From positions 7,776,001 through 7,840,000 of the forward strand of contig JASGJH010000001.1 of assembly GCA_047601445.1 (NCBI GenBank): a DNA stretch of 64,000 nucleotides. Reading direction: 5' to 3'. The translations under genes were made by a program, and so were the position numbers. The notes beneath the pieces were generated by a model. That model saw nothing but the letters and a program-made list of their open reading frames with translations. It ran no database searches and was not told where the DNA came from. This document shows positions 1 to 9,403 of the stretch, piece after piece. This DNA is from Myxococcales bacterium. GTDB taxonomy: Bacteria > Myxococcota_A > Polyangia > Polyangiales > DASUME01. Each line of letters opens with the position of its first letter. Position 1 is the stretch's first letter.

Positions 1-61
1 CGGGCCGCAACGTAGCCGCTCCCGGGGGAGCGGGCAACGTCGTTTCGCAAGGCTTGCCGCT

Positions 62-1852
62 TCAGACTGCTGCAGGGGTCTGCTGGGACTGTGCCGCGAG
101 CTTGGAGATCACGCTGGTGTTCGACGCGGCCTCGAGCTCCTCGATCAGCTCGCGACACTCGGGGCGCGCGCGCAGATGGGTCAGCAGCAGGTTCGTGGCC
201 GCCATGAAGCCCTGCTCGTAGCCGAGCGCCTCGCGCACGCGCGTAGCGATGCGTTCGCGTCCTGCGGCGAGGTCGTTCTCGAGCGCGTCGCCGTAGCGCG
301 AGAGCTGGGCGCGCAGCTCGTCGATCTGGCGGCGCAGGTCGCGGGCGGCCTCTTCACGGGTCTGGGCGCGCCCTTCGTGGCGTTGAGAGAGGCGCGTGAG
401 CTCCTCCACCTGGGCGCGAGCCGCCCCGGCTTCCTCGAACGCCTTGCGCAGGATCGCTAGATCGCGGCTCTCCTTGGCGGCTTGCTCGGCGCGATTCGAA
501 GCCTCCACCGAGCGCCGCTCGGCCGTGCTCTTGGTGGCCATGATGCGCTCGGCTTCCTCGCGCTCCGCCGACGCCTCGCGCAGCACACGCGACTCCTCGC
601 TGGCGAGCTCCTCCACCTTACGGCCGATTTCAGCGCGTAGCGCGCGTCCCCGGCGTTCGATCGCATCCAGCTTGCGCGAGTGGCTCGAGAGCTCTCCTTC
701 CAGGCGCGATGCGCGCGCCGCGAGCTCCCAGCACTTGTCGGCGGCCTGCTGCACCTCGGCGGGCGCCTTTCCGTTCGGATACGCCCGCGCGACCATGCGC
801 CCGAAGTGCGCTGCCCGCGTGCCCCACTCGATAACGTGCGGGGTGGAGGCAGGCGGCGGCGGCGGCGGTGCCTGAGGCGTCTCCTGCACCGTGGAGGACT
901 GGGAGTCCCAGGGCGTCTGCGGCAGCGAGCGCTGGAACGCCTTGAGTTCCTCCTGCAGATGGTGGCCGTCGCGGAAGCGCTTGCGGTTCTCCTTCTCGAG
1001 GAGCTTGAGGATGATGTTCTCGGCCGCCTGGGGCAGGTCTGGGCGCAGCTGGCGCGGACGCGGAGGCGGTGCGCTGCGCTGCATCTCGAGCAGCGTCTCG
1101 CGGTCGTTCGAACGGAACGGGAGCTGTCCCGTGGTCATCTCGAAGAACAAAATGCCGAGCGCGTAGAGATCGCTCTGCGCCGTCGCGTCCTCACCGCGCG
1201 CCTGCTCCGGCGACATGTACTCGGGGGTCCCGAATACCGCACCCTTGGGCGCCAGCCGTGGATCGCGAGCGAGGGCCGCCAGACCGAAGTCGAGGATCTT
1301 CACGAAGTCACGGCGACCGCCGCGCGTGGTGAGCATGATGTTGTCGCTCTTGAGATCGCGGTGCACCACGCCGAGGTCGTGCGCGCGCGCCAAGGCGGCG
1401 CACATTTGCTCGAGCACGTCGACCGCACGCGCGAGGGGCATGGGACCCTTTGCGCACTCGTGCGAGAGCGAGGTGCCGGTAAGGTATTCCATCACCAAGT
1501 ACAGCTCACCGTCCTCGGTCTCGCCTACGTCGTGGATGTCCACGATGTGCGCGTGATCCACGCGGTTGGCGGCGCGGGCTTCGCGCAACATCCACGCGCG
1601 CAGGTGAGTCTCGCCACGCAAGTCCGGACGAATCAGCTTCAACGCGACCACGCGGTCGATCAGCACGTGACGCGCTCGATAGACGACGCCCATGCCTCCT
1701 TCGCCAAGCAACGTTTCCAGGCGATAGCGGCCTGCTACCACCTTGCCGATGTACTCGTCCTGTTGCGAGCGGCGGGATGAACCCTTAATCGCACCCATAC
1801 TTTGTCCGGAAGCTCCCCTCTGGGTAACGCCGAGCGACTCCTTTGCCATCAT
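62..1852 (-). CDS. Ser/Thr protein kinase with long C-terminal coiled coil
   Basis: GEGGMG P-loop, VALK, HRDLKSDN, DFG and GTPEYMSPE motifs; Pro-rich linker, then an Ala/Glu/Arg-rich heptad region; no TM helix. Confidence 0.93.
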   Translation of the reverse strand: MMAKESLGVTQRGASGQSMGAIKGSSRRSQQDEYIGKVVAGRYRLETLLGEGGMGVVYRARHVLIDRVVALKLIRPDLRGETHLRAWMLREARAANRVDHAHIVDIHDVGETEDGELYLVMEYLTGTSLSHECAKGPMPLARAVDVLEQMCAALARAHDLGVVHRDLKSDNIMLTTRGGRRDFVKILDFGLAALARDPRLAPKGAVFGTPEYMSPEQARGEDATAQSDLYALGILFFEMTTGQLPFRSNDRETLLEMQRSAPPPRPRQLRPDLPQAAENIILKLLEKENRKRFRDGHHLQEELKAFQRSLPQTPWDSQSSTVQETPQAPPPPPPASTPHVIEWGTRAAHFGRMVARAYPNGKAPAEVQQAADKCWELAARASRLEGELSSHSRKLDAIERRGRALRAEIGRKVEELASEESRVLREASAEREEAERIMATKSTAERRSVEASNRAEQAAKESRDLAILRKAFEEAGAARAQVEELTRLSQRHEGRAQTREEAARDLRRQIDELRAQLSRYGDALENDLAAGRERIATRVREALGYEQGFMAATNLLLTHLRARPECRELIEELEAASNTSVISKLAAQSQQTPAAV

Positions 1853-2099
1853 ACACAGGACAGGTGCCGCTCAAGAGCGGCATTGCGAGTGTTTGCGCGT
1901 TAGGTTCTCGCCCGAAAGGTATGACCTAGTCGACCTTGGGTGTAGGTGTGCGAGTCTAGAACGTGGATGAGCGCTTGAGCTGAGGCCTAAACGTTACGTA
2001 TCCTCGGGGTTCAGGTCGATTGCGCGCGGGCAGGCCCGCTGGAAAACGCCCGCATCGACACTTTGATGGACGCGTGCGCGAGCCCGGGGGATCACGCTT

Positions 2100-4052
2100 T
2101 TGGGGACACGGACCGACGAGCCTTATCTGATTGAACGACGCCTGGCAGCAGGCGGCATGGCCGAGGTGTTCATCGCGAAGCGCCGGGGGCCCCACGGCTT
2201 CCAGAAGCGGGTGGCGCTCAAGCGCATCCTGCCGCAGTTCGCCGCCGAGCCGGATTTCGTCCACATGTTCATCGACGAGGCGCGCCTGGCCGCACGGCTC
2301 GACCACGCGAACATCGTCCAGGTCTTCGATTTCGGCCAACACTCGGGCAGTTTCTTCATCGCCATGGAGCTGATCAACGGCTCCAACGTGAACCAGCTCT
2401 TGCGGGCCGTAGCCGCCCGCGACGAGGCGGTCCCGCTGGACGTGGCGCTCCACATCGCCACCGAGGCGGCCATGGCGCTCGCCTACGCGCACTCGCTGCG
2501 TGACGACGAGGGCGAGCCCCTGCGCGTCGTGCATCGCGATGTAAGCCCTGCCAACTTGCTGCTCACCCGCGACGGCCACATCAAGTTGAGCGACTTCGGC
2601 ATCGCCCGCGCGGCGAGCTTCGAGGCGCGCACCCAGACGGGTCAGCTGCGCGGCAAGCTGGGCTACATGTCCCCGGAGCAAGTGCTGGGGCGGGAGCTCG
2701 ACGGTCGCAGCGACGTGTTCACCCTAAGCACGGTGCTGTGCGAGATGCTGATCGCGGAGCCCTTGTTCGGAAAAGGCCAGGACCTCGATGTGTTGATGCG
2801 CATCCGCGACGTCGACCTGTCGGTCCTCAACAACTCGAAGCGCCGCGTGCCCCAGGACATCCGCGCTTTGATCGCCTGCGGCCTCTCCAAGAATCGCGAG
2901 GAGCGGCCCGACTCGGTGACCTTCCTGCGCATGCTGCTGGAGATCGCCGTGCGTCGGGGCATCGCCGCCGCGCCCTCGCGGCTCGCGCGCCTCTTGGCCC
3001 GCCTGGAGTTGGTGGAGCCGCGCCCGGGAGACGAACTCGCCCTGGAAGCGGGCGCCAAACCCACCAACTATCTGGACGTCTCCTACGCCGAAGGTTCCGA
3101 CGACGCGTCGCTGCCGCCCATCGAGGTGGTGAGCTATCGCGTGCGGAGTGAGCGCGGCCTGATGGGACCACTCTCCTACTCCCAGGTCGCCGAGCTCGTC
3201 TTGAGCGGCATGATCGACGGCGACGCCATGGTCAGTCGCACGGGCTCGCCCTTCGAGCGTGCGGCCAACATCGACGAACTCCGGCGCTTCGTGAGCTCCC
3301 CAGCCCTGCAATGGCGGGAGCGCGACCTGGCTCACCCCACCTTCCGCGGCGGCCTCGCCCATGCGTCCTTGTTGCCCGTGGTCCATCGCATCGCGCGCTC
3401 CCACGAGACCGGCGTGCTGCACATGCGCGAAGGCGGGCGCCAAAAGAAGCTCTACTTCATCGAGGGACGGCCCGACTTCATTTCTTCGACCGACCGCAAC
3501 GAGCTCCTCGGCGAACATCTGGTGGCCACCAACGTCTGCTTGCGCATGGAGGTCGACATGGCCTTGGCCGTGCTCCATCGCTACGACGGCCGCCTGGGCG
3601 ATGCCCTCGTCGGGCTCGGCGTCTTGCGTCCGGTGGCGCTCGTGCGCGCGGTGCAAGACCAGGTGCGGCGGCGCTTCCTGGAGGCTTTCCGGTGGCGCGC
3701 GGGCGAATGGCGCTTCGTGCGCGGCGCGCGCAGCGAGGAGGAGACCTTCTCGGTGCAGCAGGACCCGTGCGAGCTGTTTCGCGACGCTGCCCGTGAAGCC
3801 CACCCCGCCGAGCTCGAGGCGGCCCTCGAGCCCGTCCGCGAGCGCGTGCTGGTGAGGACGTCGGCGCCCCCCATGCCGCTCGCTGCCTATCGGCTCCCCA
3901 CCGCCTGGTCCAGCTTGCTTCAGCAGGTCAACGGCCAAAGCACGCTGGGGTCTATCGTTGCGCGCGAATCGGCGCGGCGCGGGGCGGAGGTCGAGGACGT
4001 CTACCGTGCGCTGTACCTCGGGCTCTCCTGCGAACTGCTGCGCACGGCTTGA
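2100..4052 (+). CDS. Ser/Thr protein kinase with GYF_2-like, DUF4388/PATAN-like and MshEN-like C-terminal regions
   Basis: AGGMAEV, VALK, HRDVSPAN, DFG and GKLGYMSPE motifs; C-terminal GPLSxxQV (GYF_2-like) and TGVL...KKLYFIEG (DUF4388-like) segments; TTG start uncertain. Confidence 0.9.
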   Translation: MGTRTDEPYLIERRLAAGGMAEVFIAKRRGPHGFQKRVALKRILPQFAAEPDFVHMFIDEARLAARLDHANIVQVFDFGQHSGSFFIAMELINGSNVNQLLRAVAARDEAVPLDVALHIATEAAMALAYAHSLRDDEGEPLRVVHRDVSPANLLLTRDGHIKLSDFGIARAASFEARTQTGQLRGKLGYMSPEQVLGRELDGRSDVFTLSTVLCEMLIAEPLFGKGQDLDVLMRIRDVDLSVLNNSKRRVPQDIRALIACGLSKNREERPDSVTFLRMLLEIAVRRGIAAAPSRLARLLARLELVEPRPGDELALEAGAKPTNYLDVSYAEGSDDASLPPIEVVSYRVRSERGLMGPLSYSQVAELVLSGMIDGDAMVSRTGSPFERAANIDELRRFVSSPALQWRERDLAHPTFRGGLAHASLLPVVHRIARSHETGVLHMREGGRQKKLYFIEGRPDFISSTDRNELLGEHLVATNVCLRMEVDMALAVLHRYDGRLGDALVGLGVLRPVALVRAVQDQVRRRFLEAFRWRAGEWRFVRGARSEEETFSVQQDPCELFRDAAREAHPAELEAALEPVRERVLVRTSAPPMPLAAYRLPTAWSSLLQQVNGQSTLGSIVARESARRGAEVEDVYRALYLGLSCELLRTA

Positions 4053-4190
4053 GGCACTGCCCAGGCCCCTCGGCGGTCTACACGGGGCCCCTTCTTCAGC
4101 AATTTCAAGCTAGTGCCATTCCAGGGGGAGCTGGGGCTGCGGCGCGGTCCGTGCTGGCGTTCGGGCCCCGGAAGGGCTAAGGCCTTGGGC

Positions 4191-5015
4191 ATGTCAGTGC
4201 TGGAATTTCAGGCTCCCGAGCACGGGCGGACGCCCGTCCTGGTCGAGGTTCCGCACGCTGGCCTGAATATTCCGGCCGCGCTGCGCGGGGAGATCCTCGC
4301 CACGCCCGAGGCGCTCAAGCGAGACGCCGACCTGCACGTGAACCTGCTCTACCAGTCGGTGCCCGAGGTGGGCGCGGGCTTGCTGACCGCGCTCCTATCC
4401 CGCTACGTGGTCGATTTGAATCGTGCGCCGGACGACATCGATCTCGAGTCCGGTCAGGGTGCGCGGGTCGGGCAGCCACGCGGCGTGGTCTGGCGGGTGA
4501 CCACCGAGGGGCAACCGGTCCTGCGCAAGCCCCTCGACGTCGGCGGCATCCAGCAGCGCGTGGACCTCTATCACGCCCCCTACCACGCCCGCCTACGCGC
4601 GGAACTCGACGCCATCAAATCGCGCTTTGGTTTCGCCATCCTGGTGGCCGGGCACTCCATGCCCTCGGCGGTCCGACGCGGAGCCCGCGAGGTGGAGAGA
4701 CGCGCCGACGTGGTGCCGGGCTCCCTTTCGCGGACCAGCGCCGACCCCCGGGTCATCGATCTGGTGGAGACCGTCTTTCGCGCTGCCGGGCTCAGCGTTC
4801 GGCACGATGAACCCTATCGGGGTGGCTTCACCACGGCCCACTACGGGCGCCCCAACGAAGGCATCCATGCGATTCAGATCGAGGTCAATCGCGCGCTCTA
4901 TATGGACGAGCTGACCTGCGAAGTGAAGCCGGGTGATTTCGAGAAGTTACAAATCATCCTCAAGGATCTGGTGGAGCGCCTCGGGCAGCTCGACCTGGGA
5001 CCCGGCCGGAGCTGA
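4191..5015 (+). CDS. N-formylglutamate amidohydrolase family protein
   Basis: VPHAG, SRYVVDLNR, YHAPYH, HSM, PYRGGFTTAHYGRP and HAIQIEVNRALYMDE motifs; start trimmed to ATG 4191. Confidence 0.88.
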   Translation: MSVLEFQAPEHGRTPVLVEVPHAGLNIPAALRGEILATPEALKRDADLHVNLLYQSVPEVGAGLLTALLSRYVVDLNRAPDDIDLESGQGARVGQPRGVVWRVTTEGQPVLRKPLDVGGIQQRVDLYHAPYHARLRAELDAIKSRFGFAILVAGHSMPSAVRRGAREVERRADVVPGSLSRTSADPRVIDLVETVFRAAGLSVRHDEPYRGGFTTAHYGRPNEGIHAIQIEVNRALYMDELTCEVKPGDFEKLQIILKDLVERLGQLDLGPGRS

Positions 5016-5140
5016 GCACGCAAGCGCCCGCCGTCGCGCATGCGGCCGAAGTGTTCGCTCACACCGAATGAATGCGCCCCTAACACTGTTGGCCGACGAT
5101 CCCGCTTTTTCGCCCGGGGCCCCTGTGCTAGTTTCTCCGT

Positions 5141-5398
5141 GTGGAGGTCGTACTGCGCAAGGTGGGGCGTAAGCCCGGGCGAGCCGTCATGGGCCGTCTC
5201 TTGCGAGCACCGCGCAAGGGTGCCGTAGTCGTGATCGAGTTCCCTGATGGGCTCCACGAGTACGTCACTACGCCGGTGAAGCGCATTCTTCGTTTGGCCG
5301 GACGCGAGGTGTACTACCTCCAGACGGCCAACAGCCGCTATCGGCTCGAAGTGCGGTCCGACGCCGCTCCGCTCGCCGAAGCACCAGCAGCTCACTGA
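5141..5398 (+). CDS. small hypothetical beta-rich protein (85 aa)
   Basis: Fills the intergenic gap with a natural protein-like composition; TG-n-TAGTTT extended -10 lies 6 nt upstream of the GTG. Confidence 0.65.
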   Translation: MEVVLRKVGRKPGRAVMGRLLRAPRKGAVVVIEFPDGLHEYVTTPVKRILRLAGREVYYLQTANSRYRLEVRSDAAPLAEAPAAH

Positions 5399-5677
5399 GC
5401 TCGGCCTGGACTTTCAAGCTAGGCGACCCTAGGCATCTGCCGGGGGCGTCCCCGTGCATTTTCGCTTCGCGACTTGGTCTGCGTCCGGACGGCTTCGAAC
5501 GAAGGTCGTTGCCTGGGAGCTCGACGGGCGCAGCGAGCGGCAGCCGGGCGTCGTGCTGATCGGCGTTCAGTTGGTCACTCAAGACAGGTCAGGCAGGCGC
5601 GGCAAACTGCCGCGGCAAGCCTGCGGGCAAATCTGCAGATTGCGCTGAATTAACGAAGAAAGACGCGGTTTTTGGGC

Positions 5678-5693
5678 GGGCATAGGCCCTGCA
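5678..5693 (+). promoter_or_regulatory. sigma54-type -24/-12 promoter for the RpoH-family sigma factor
   Basis: GGGCATAGGCCCTGCA gives GG(5679-80)-N10-GC(5691-92); AGGAGG RBS and ATG 5725 downstream; GGCAA/TGCC repeats about 60-100 nt upstream. Confidence 0.6.
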
Positions 5694-5724
5694 TTTGGGG
5701 GCCAGCAAGAGGAGGTCCCCGCCC

Positions 5725-6525
5725 ATGCTCCGAACCGGTCTCGACGAGTATCTCGACTCTCTGCGAGGAGTCGCTCCGATCGACGCGGAATCCGAACGCG
5801 ATTTGGCGCGCGCGTACCGCGCCGGCGACCGGCAGGCCGGAGACAGGTTGATCGCGGCTTGCCTGCCTTTCGTGGTGCGCATCGCGGTCGAGTACCGACG
5901 TTGGGGCGTCGCGCTCGAAGATGTGGTGCAGCAGGGGAACCTGGGCCTGCTCAAGGCCGCCGCCAAGTTCGACGCGGACAAGGACGTTCGCCTGATCACC
6001 TACGCGGTGTACTGGATTCGCGCCGAGATCCGCGACTACGTGGTGCGCAGCTACCGCATCGTGCGCCTCGGCACCACCCGCTCCGAGCGTCGCGCTCTGC
6101 GAGCCTTCCGGCGCGAGGGCGTGGAGAACGCTACCGAGCTCGCGGCTCGCAGCGGCATGCCCATCGCTCGCTGCGAAATGCTGTGGCCGGTGTTGGCCCA
6201 CGCGGATACCTCCCTCGACGTCACCTACGATGATCAGCGTGGACCCGTGGTGGAGCGCATGCCGGGCGTCATTCCGAGCCCCGAGGAGCTCGCCCTCTCT
6301 CGCACCGAGCACGAAGAGGCACGGAGCGCCGTGCGCTCCGCCATGCGTCGCCTCGACAAGCGTGAACGTCGCATCGCGCACGCCCGCTTCCTCTCCGACG
6401 ACCCTTGTACGCTCGAGCAGCTCGGGAAGGAGCTTGGTGTGAGCAAGGAGCGCGTGCGTCAGCTCGAGGTGCGCGTGCGCGACAAGCTCAAGGGCGCACT
6501 CAGCGAGTTCGCACCGGCGGCGTAA
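5725..6525 (+). CDS. RNA polymerase sigma factor, sigma-32/RpoH family
   Basis: DVVQQGNLGLLKAAAKFD, TYAVYWIRAEI and TLEQLGKELGVSKERVRQLE; AGGAGG RBS ahead of ATG 5725. Confidence 0.9.
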   Translation: MLRTGLDEYLDSLRGVAPIDAESERDLARAYRAGDRQAGDRLIAACLPFVVRIAVEYRRWGVALEDVVQQGNLGLLKAAAKFDADKDVRLITYAVYWIRAEIRDYVVRSYRIVRLGTTRSERRALRAFRREGVENATELAARSGMPIARCEMLWPVLAHADTSLDVTYDDQRGPVVERMPGVIPSPEELALSRTEHEEARSAVRSAMRRLDKRERRIAHARFLSDDPCTLEQLGKELGVSKERVRQLEVRVRDKLKGALSEFAPAA

Positions 6526-6650
6526 GCCCGAGTCGGGGTGAAGTCTTTCATCGCAGGTCACCGTTGAGTGCAAAAAGGGTCTGCTAGACAGGCTCCGTGG
6601 TCTCTGGTCGCTGGTTCGATTGGAGAGAGCTGTGAGCGCCGTGAGTTCGG

Positions 6651-7577
6651 CTAGTCGCCGCGATAGACGACCTTCCAATCGCGCTTCATGTCCACCACGA
6701 GCCAACCGGCCTCGGGCGCCAAGTCCAGGGCACGGTCGAGCTTTCCGACGAGCGCGTGCCTGTCGTAGGCCCACTCGCGTTCGTCGTCCGTATGGTGCAG
6801 CAAGACGCCCAAGCTAGGCCGCTTTGACGTGGTCCACTGCAGCATCTGGAGATCCCCGTCGGAGTTGCCGAAGGCCAAGAGCGGCCGGCATCCGATATGC
6901 GACTGAATGCCTTCCGGCTTGCCGGCGCCGTCGTTGACGAAGGAAACCTCGGGCAGTCGCTTGAGCACGGGCGCGCCCTTGCTGGTCTCGAAGCGAGTCT
7001 TGATGCTGCTGCCCACCACTCGTTCGGGCGGAATGCCGTACACCGCTCGCGCCCACGGGCGCAAGAACTCGATGCCGCCACCGGAGACGATGAAGGTCTT
7101 GAAGTCGTGGTAGCGCAGGTACGCGAGCAACTCGAGCATGGGTTGGTAGACCATCTCCGTGTACAGGAGCTTCGTGCGCGGGTGGCGAGCCTGGGCGATC
7201 CAATCGCGCACCAGTTTCTCGAACTCCTCCGTGGTCATCCCCGCGTGGGTGGCCATCACCAGCTCGACCAGGGCCTTCTCACCGCCGCGAGAAAGCACGC
7301 GCTGGTCGTTCTTGAGCAGCGACGCGAACGGTTCGGTGTGCGTCCACTCCGGGTGCTGCGGTGCGAGCGCGCGAATGCGATCCAGCACGAAGAAGGCCTG
7401 TACGTAGGTCGGCTGCTCACTCCATAGCGTGCCGTCGTTGTCGAACACCGCGATGCGCGCTTCGGGCTCCACGTGGTCTGCGCTGCCAGGCTGCGTCACG
7501 CGCGTCACGAACGAGATCAACGCGCGGCGGGTAGGTCCGTCGCTCCACGATGGCAATGTGGACCTCGCATCGCTCAT
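6651..7577 (-). CDS. HAD-superfamily hydrolase (sulfatase-associated phosphatase-like family)
   Basis: FDNDGTLW motif I, VSGG motif II, GKP and GNSDGD motif IV; start trimmed to ATG 7577. Confidence 0.88.
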   Translation of the reverse strand: MSDARSTLPSWSDGPTRRALISFVTRVTQPGSADHVEPEARIAVFDNDGTLWSEQPTYVQAFFVLDRIRALAPQHPEWTHTEPFASLLKNDQRVLSRGGEKALVELVMATHAGMTTEEFEKLVRDWIAQARHPRTKLLYTEMVYQPMLELLAYLRYHDFKTFIVSGGGIEFLRPWARAVYGIPPERVVGSSIKTRFETSKGAPVLKRLPEVSFVNDGAGKPEGIQSHIGCRPLLAFGNSDGDLQMLQWTTSKRPSLGVLLHHTDDEREWAYDRHALVGKLDRALDLAPEAGWLVVDMKRDWKVVYRGD

Positions 7578-7656
7578 GTTCGCGAAGAAGATGCACTTCG
7601 CGAGCCAGCTAGAGCTTGCACAACTGCGCCGCACGAAAGCGCACCTCGGCAGCGCG

Positions 7657-7672
7657 TGGCGCGGCGCTTGCT
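7657..7672 (+). promoter_or_regulatory. sigma54-type -24/-12 promoter for the arylsulfatase
   Basis: TGGCGCG-GCGC-TTGCT differs from consensus TGGCACG-N4-TTGCW at one position; 40 nt upstream of ATG 7712. Confidence 0.72.
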
Positions 7673-7711
7673 CACTTGAGCGCTTGCGACGAACTACAGG
7701 AAGGCAGCTGC

Positions 7712-9259
7712 ATGGCACACGGCAAGAAGCCCAACATACTCGTGATATTCGGGGACGACATCGGGATGTGGAACCTGTCCTGCTACAGCGCGGGCATGAT
7801 GGGCTACCACACGCCCAACATCGATCGCATCGCCAAGGAAGGCATGCGCTTCACGGATTGCTACGGCGAACAGAGCTGCACAGCGGGGCGTGCCTCGTTC
7901 ATCACCGGCCAATCCGGCTTCCGCACTGGGCTCACCAAGGTCGGATTTCCCGGAGCGCCCGTGGGCTTGCAGCCCGAGGATCCGACCATCGCGGAGCTAC
8001 TCAAGCCGCAGGGCTATGCCACCGGGCAGTTCGGCAAGAATCACTTCGGCGACCAGAACCGCTTCCTGCCCACGGCGCACGGCTTCGATGAATTCTTCGG
8101 CAACCTTTACCATCTGAACGCAGAGGAAGACCCCGAGGATCCGGACTACCCGAACCCCAAGGACTTCCCCAAGTTCAAGGAGACCTACGGTCCGCGCGGG
8201 GTGCTCCATACCTGGGCTACGGACAAGGAAGACACGACCGATCAGCCGCGCTGGGGCAAGGTGGGCAAGCAGAAGATCCAGGACACCGGGCCGCTCACGC
8301 GCGAACGCATGAAGACCTGTGACGACGAGTTCGTGCACGCGGCCAAGGATTGGATCAAGCGACAGCACAAGGCGAACAAGCCCTGGTTCTGCTGGCTCAA
8401 CACCACGCACATGCATCTGCGCACCCACACCAAGCCGGAGAGCATCGGGCAGGCGGGGCGCTGGCAGTCGCCCTATCACGACACGATGATCGACCACGAC
8501 AAGAACGTGGGGGAGATGCTCGAGCTGCTGGACCAGCTCAACATCGCGAACGACACCATCGTGGTGTACAGCACGGACAACGGCCCGCACATGAACACGT
8601 GGCCGGACGGCGCCATGACGCCATTCCGCAGCGAGAAGAACACCAACTGGGAGGGTGCGTTCCGAGTGCCCTTGGTCATGCGTTGGCCGGGCAAGATCGC
8701 CGCGGGCAGCGTCTCCAACGAGATCATCGCGCACCACGACTGGCTGCCCACTTTTCTGGCGGCCGCCGGGGAGCCCCACATCAAGGAGAAGCTGCTCACC
8801 GGGCACGACGCGGCTAGCAAGCACTTCAAGGTCCACATCGATGGCTTCAACCTGCTGCCCTACCTCACCGGCAAGGAACAGAAGAGCCCGCGTGAAGGCT
8901 TCATCTACTTCAGTGACGACGGTGACCTGGTGGCCATGCGCTACGACAACTGGAAGATGGTCTTCATGGAGCAGCGCTGCGAGGGCAAGCTCCAGGTCTG
9001 GGCCGAGCCTTTCACCAAGCTACGTGTGCCCAAGCTCTTCAACTTGCGCACCGATCCGTTCGAGCGCGCCGACGTGACCTCGAACACGTACTGGGATTGG
9101 TACTTGAGCAAAGCCTACATGATCATGGCGTCGCAGGGACTGGTCACGCGCTTCTTGAGTACCTTCAAGGATTACCCGCCACGCCAGCGCGCCGCGAGCT
9201 TCACCATCGACCAGGCACTCGAGTCCATGGAGCGCTCGATCAGCGGCGCCGGTCGCTGA
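7712..9259 (+). CDS. arylsulfatase (Cys-type, formylglycine-dependent), no signal peptide
   Basis: KPNILVIFGDDIG, SCTAGRASFITGQ, GKNHFG and STDNG motifs; AGGAAGG RBS. Confidence 0.93.
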   Translation: MAHGKKPNILVIFGDDIGMWNLSCYSAGMMGYHTPNIDRIAKEGMRFTDCYGEQSCTAGRASFITGQSGFRTGLTKVGFPGAPVGLQPEDPTIAELLKPQGYATGQFGKNHFGDQNRFLPTAHGFDEFFGNLYHLNAEEDPEDPDYPNPKDFPKFKETYGPRGVLHTWATDKEDTTDQPRWGKVGKQKIQDTGPLTRERMKTCDDEFVHAAKDWIKRQHKANKPWFCWLNTTHMHLRTHTKPESIGQAGRWQSPYHDTMIDHDKNVGEMLELLDQLNIANDTIVVYSTDNGPHMNTWPDGAMTPFRSEKNTNWEGAFRVPLVMRWPGKIAAGSVSNEIIAHHDWLPTFLAAAGEPHIKEKLLTGHDAASKHFKVHIDGFNLLPYLTGKEQKSPREGFIYFSDDGDLVAMRYDNWKMVFMEQRCEGKLQVWAEPFTKLRVPKLFNLRTDPFERADVTSNTYWDWYLSKAYMIMASQGLVTRFLSTFKDYPPRQRAASFTIDQALESMERSISGAGR

Positions 9260-9403
9260 CGGAGTACTCGCTTCGAAGCCCCAAAGCGCTTGGTACGCGT
9301 GCCCGTGCAAGGACAGGATCTTCCGTTTCCGTGAAGCCGCGCAGCGCCAAGGCACCAGCACGCCTATGCGAGCGTTTTGCCCCAGCTGTGCACCTTAAGT
9401 GCG

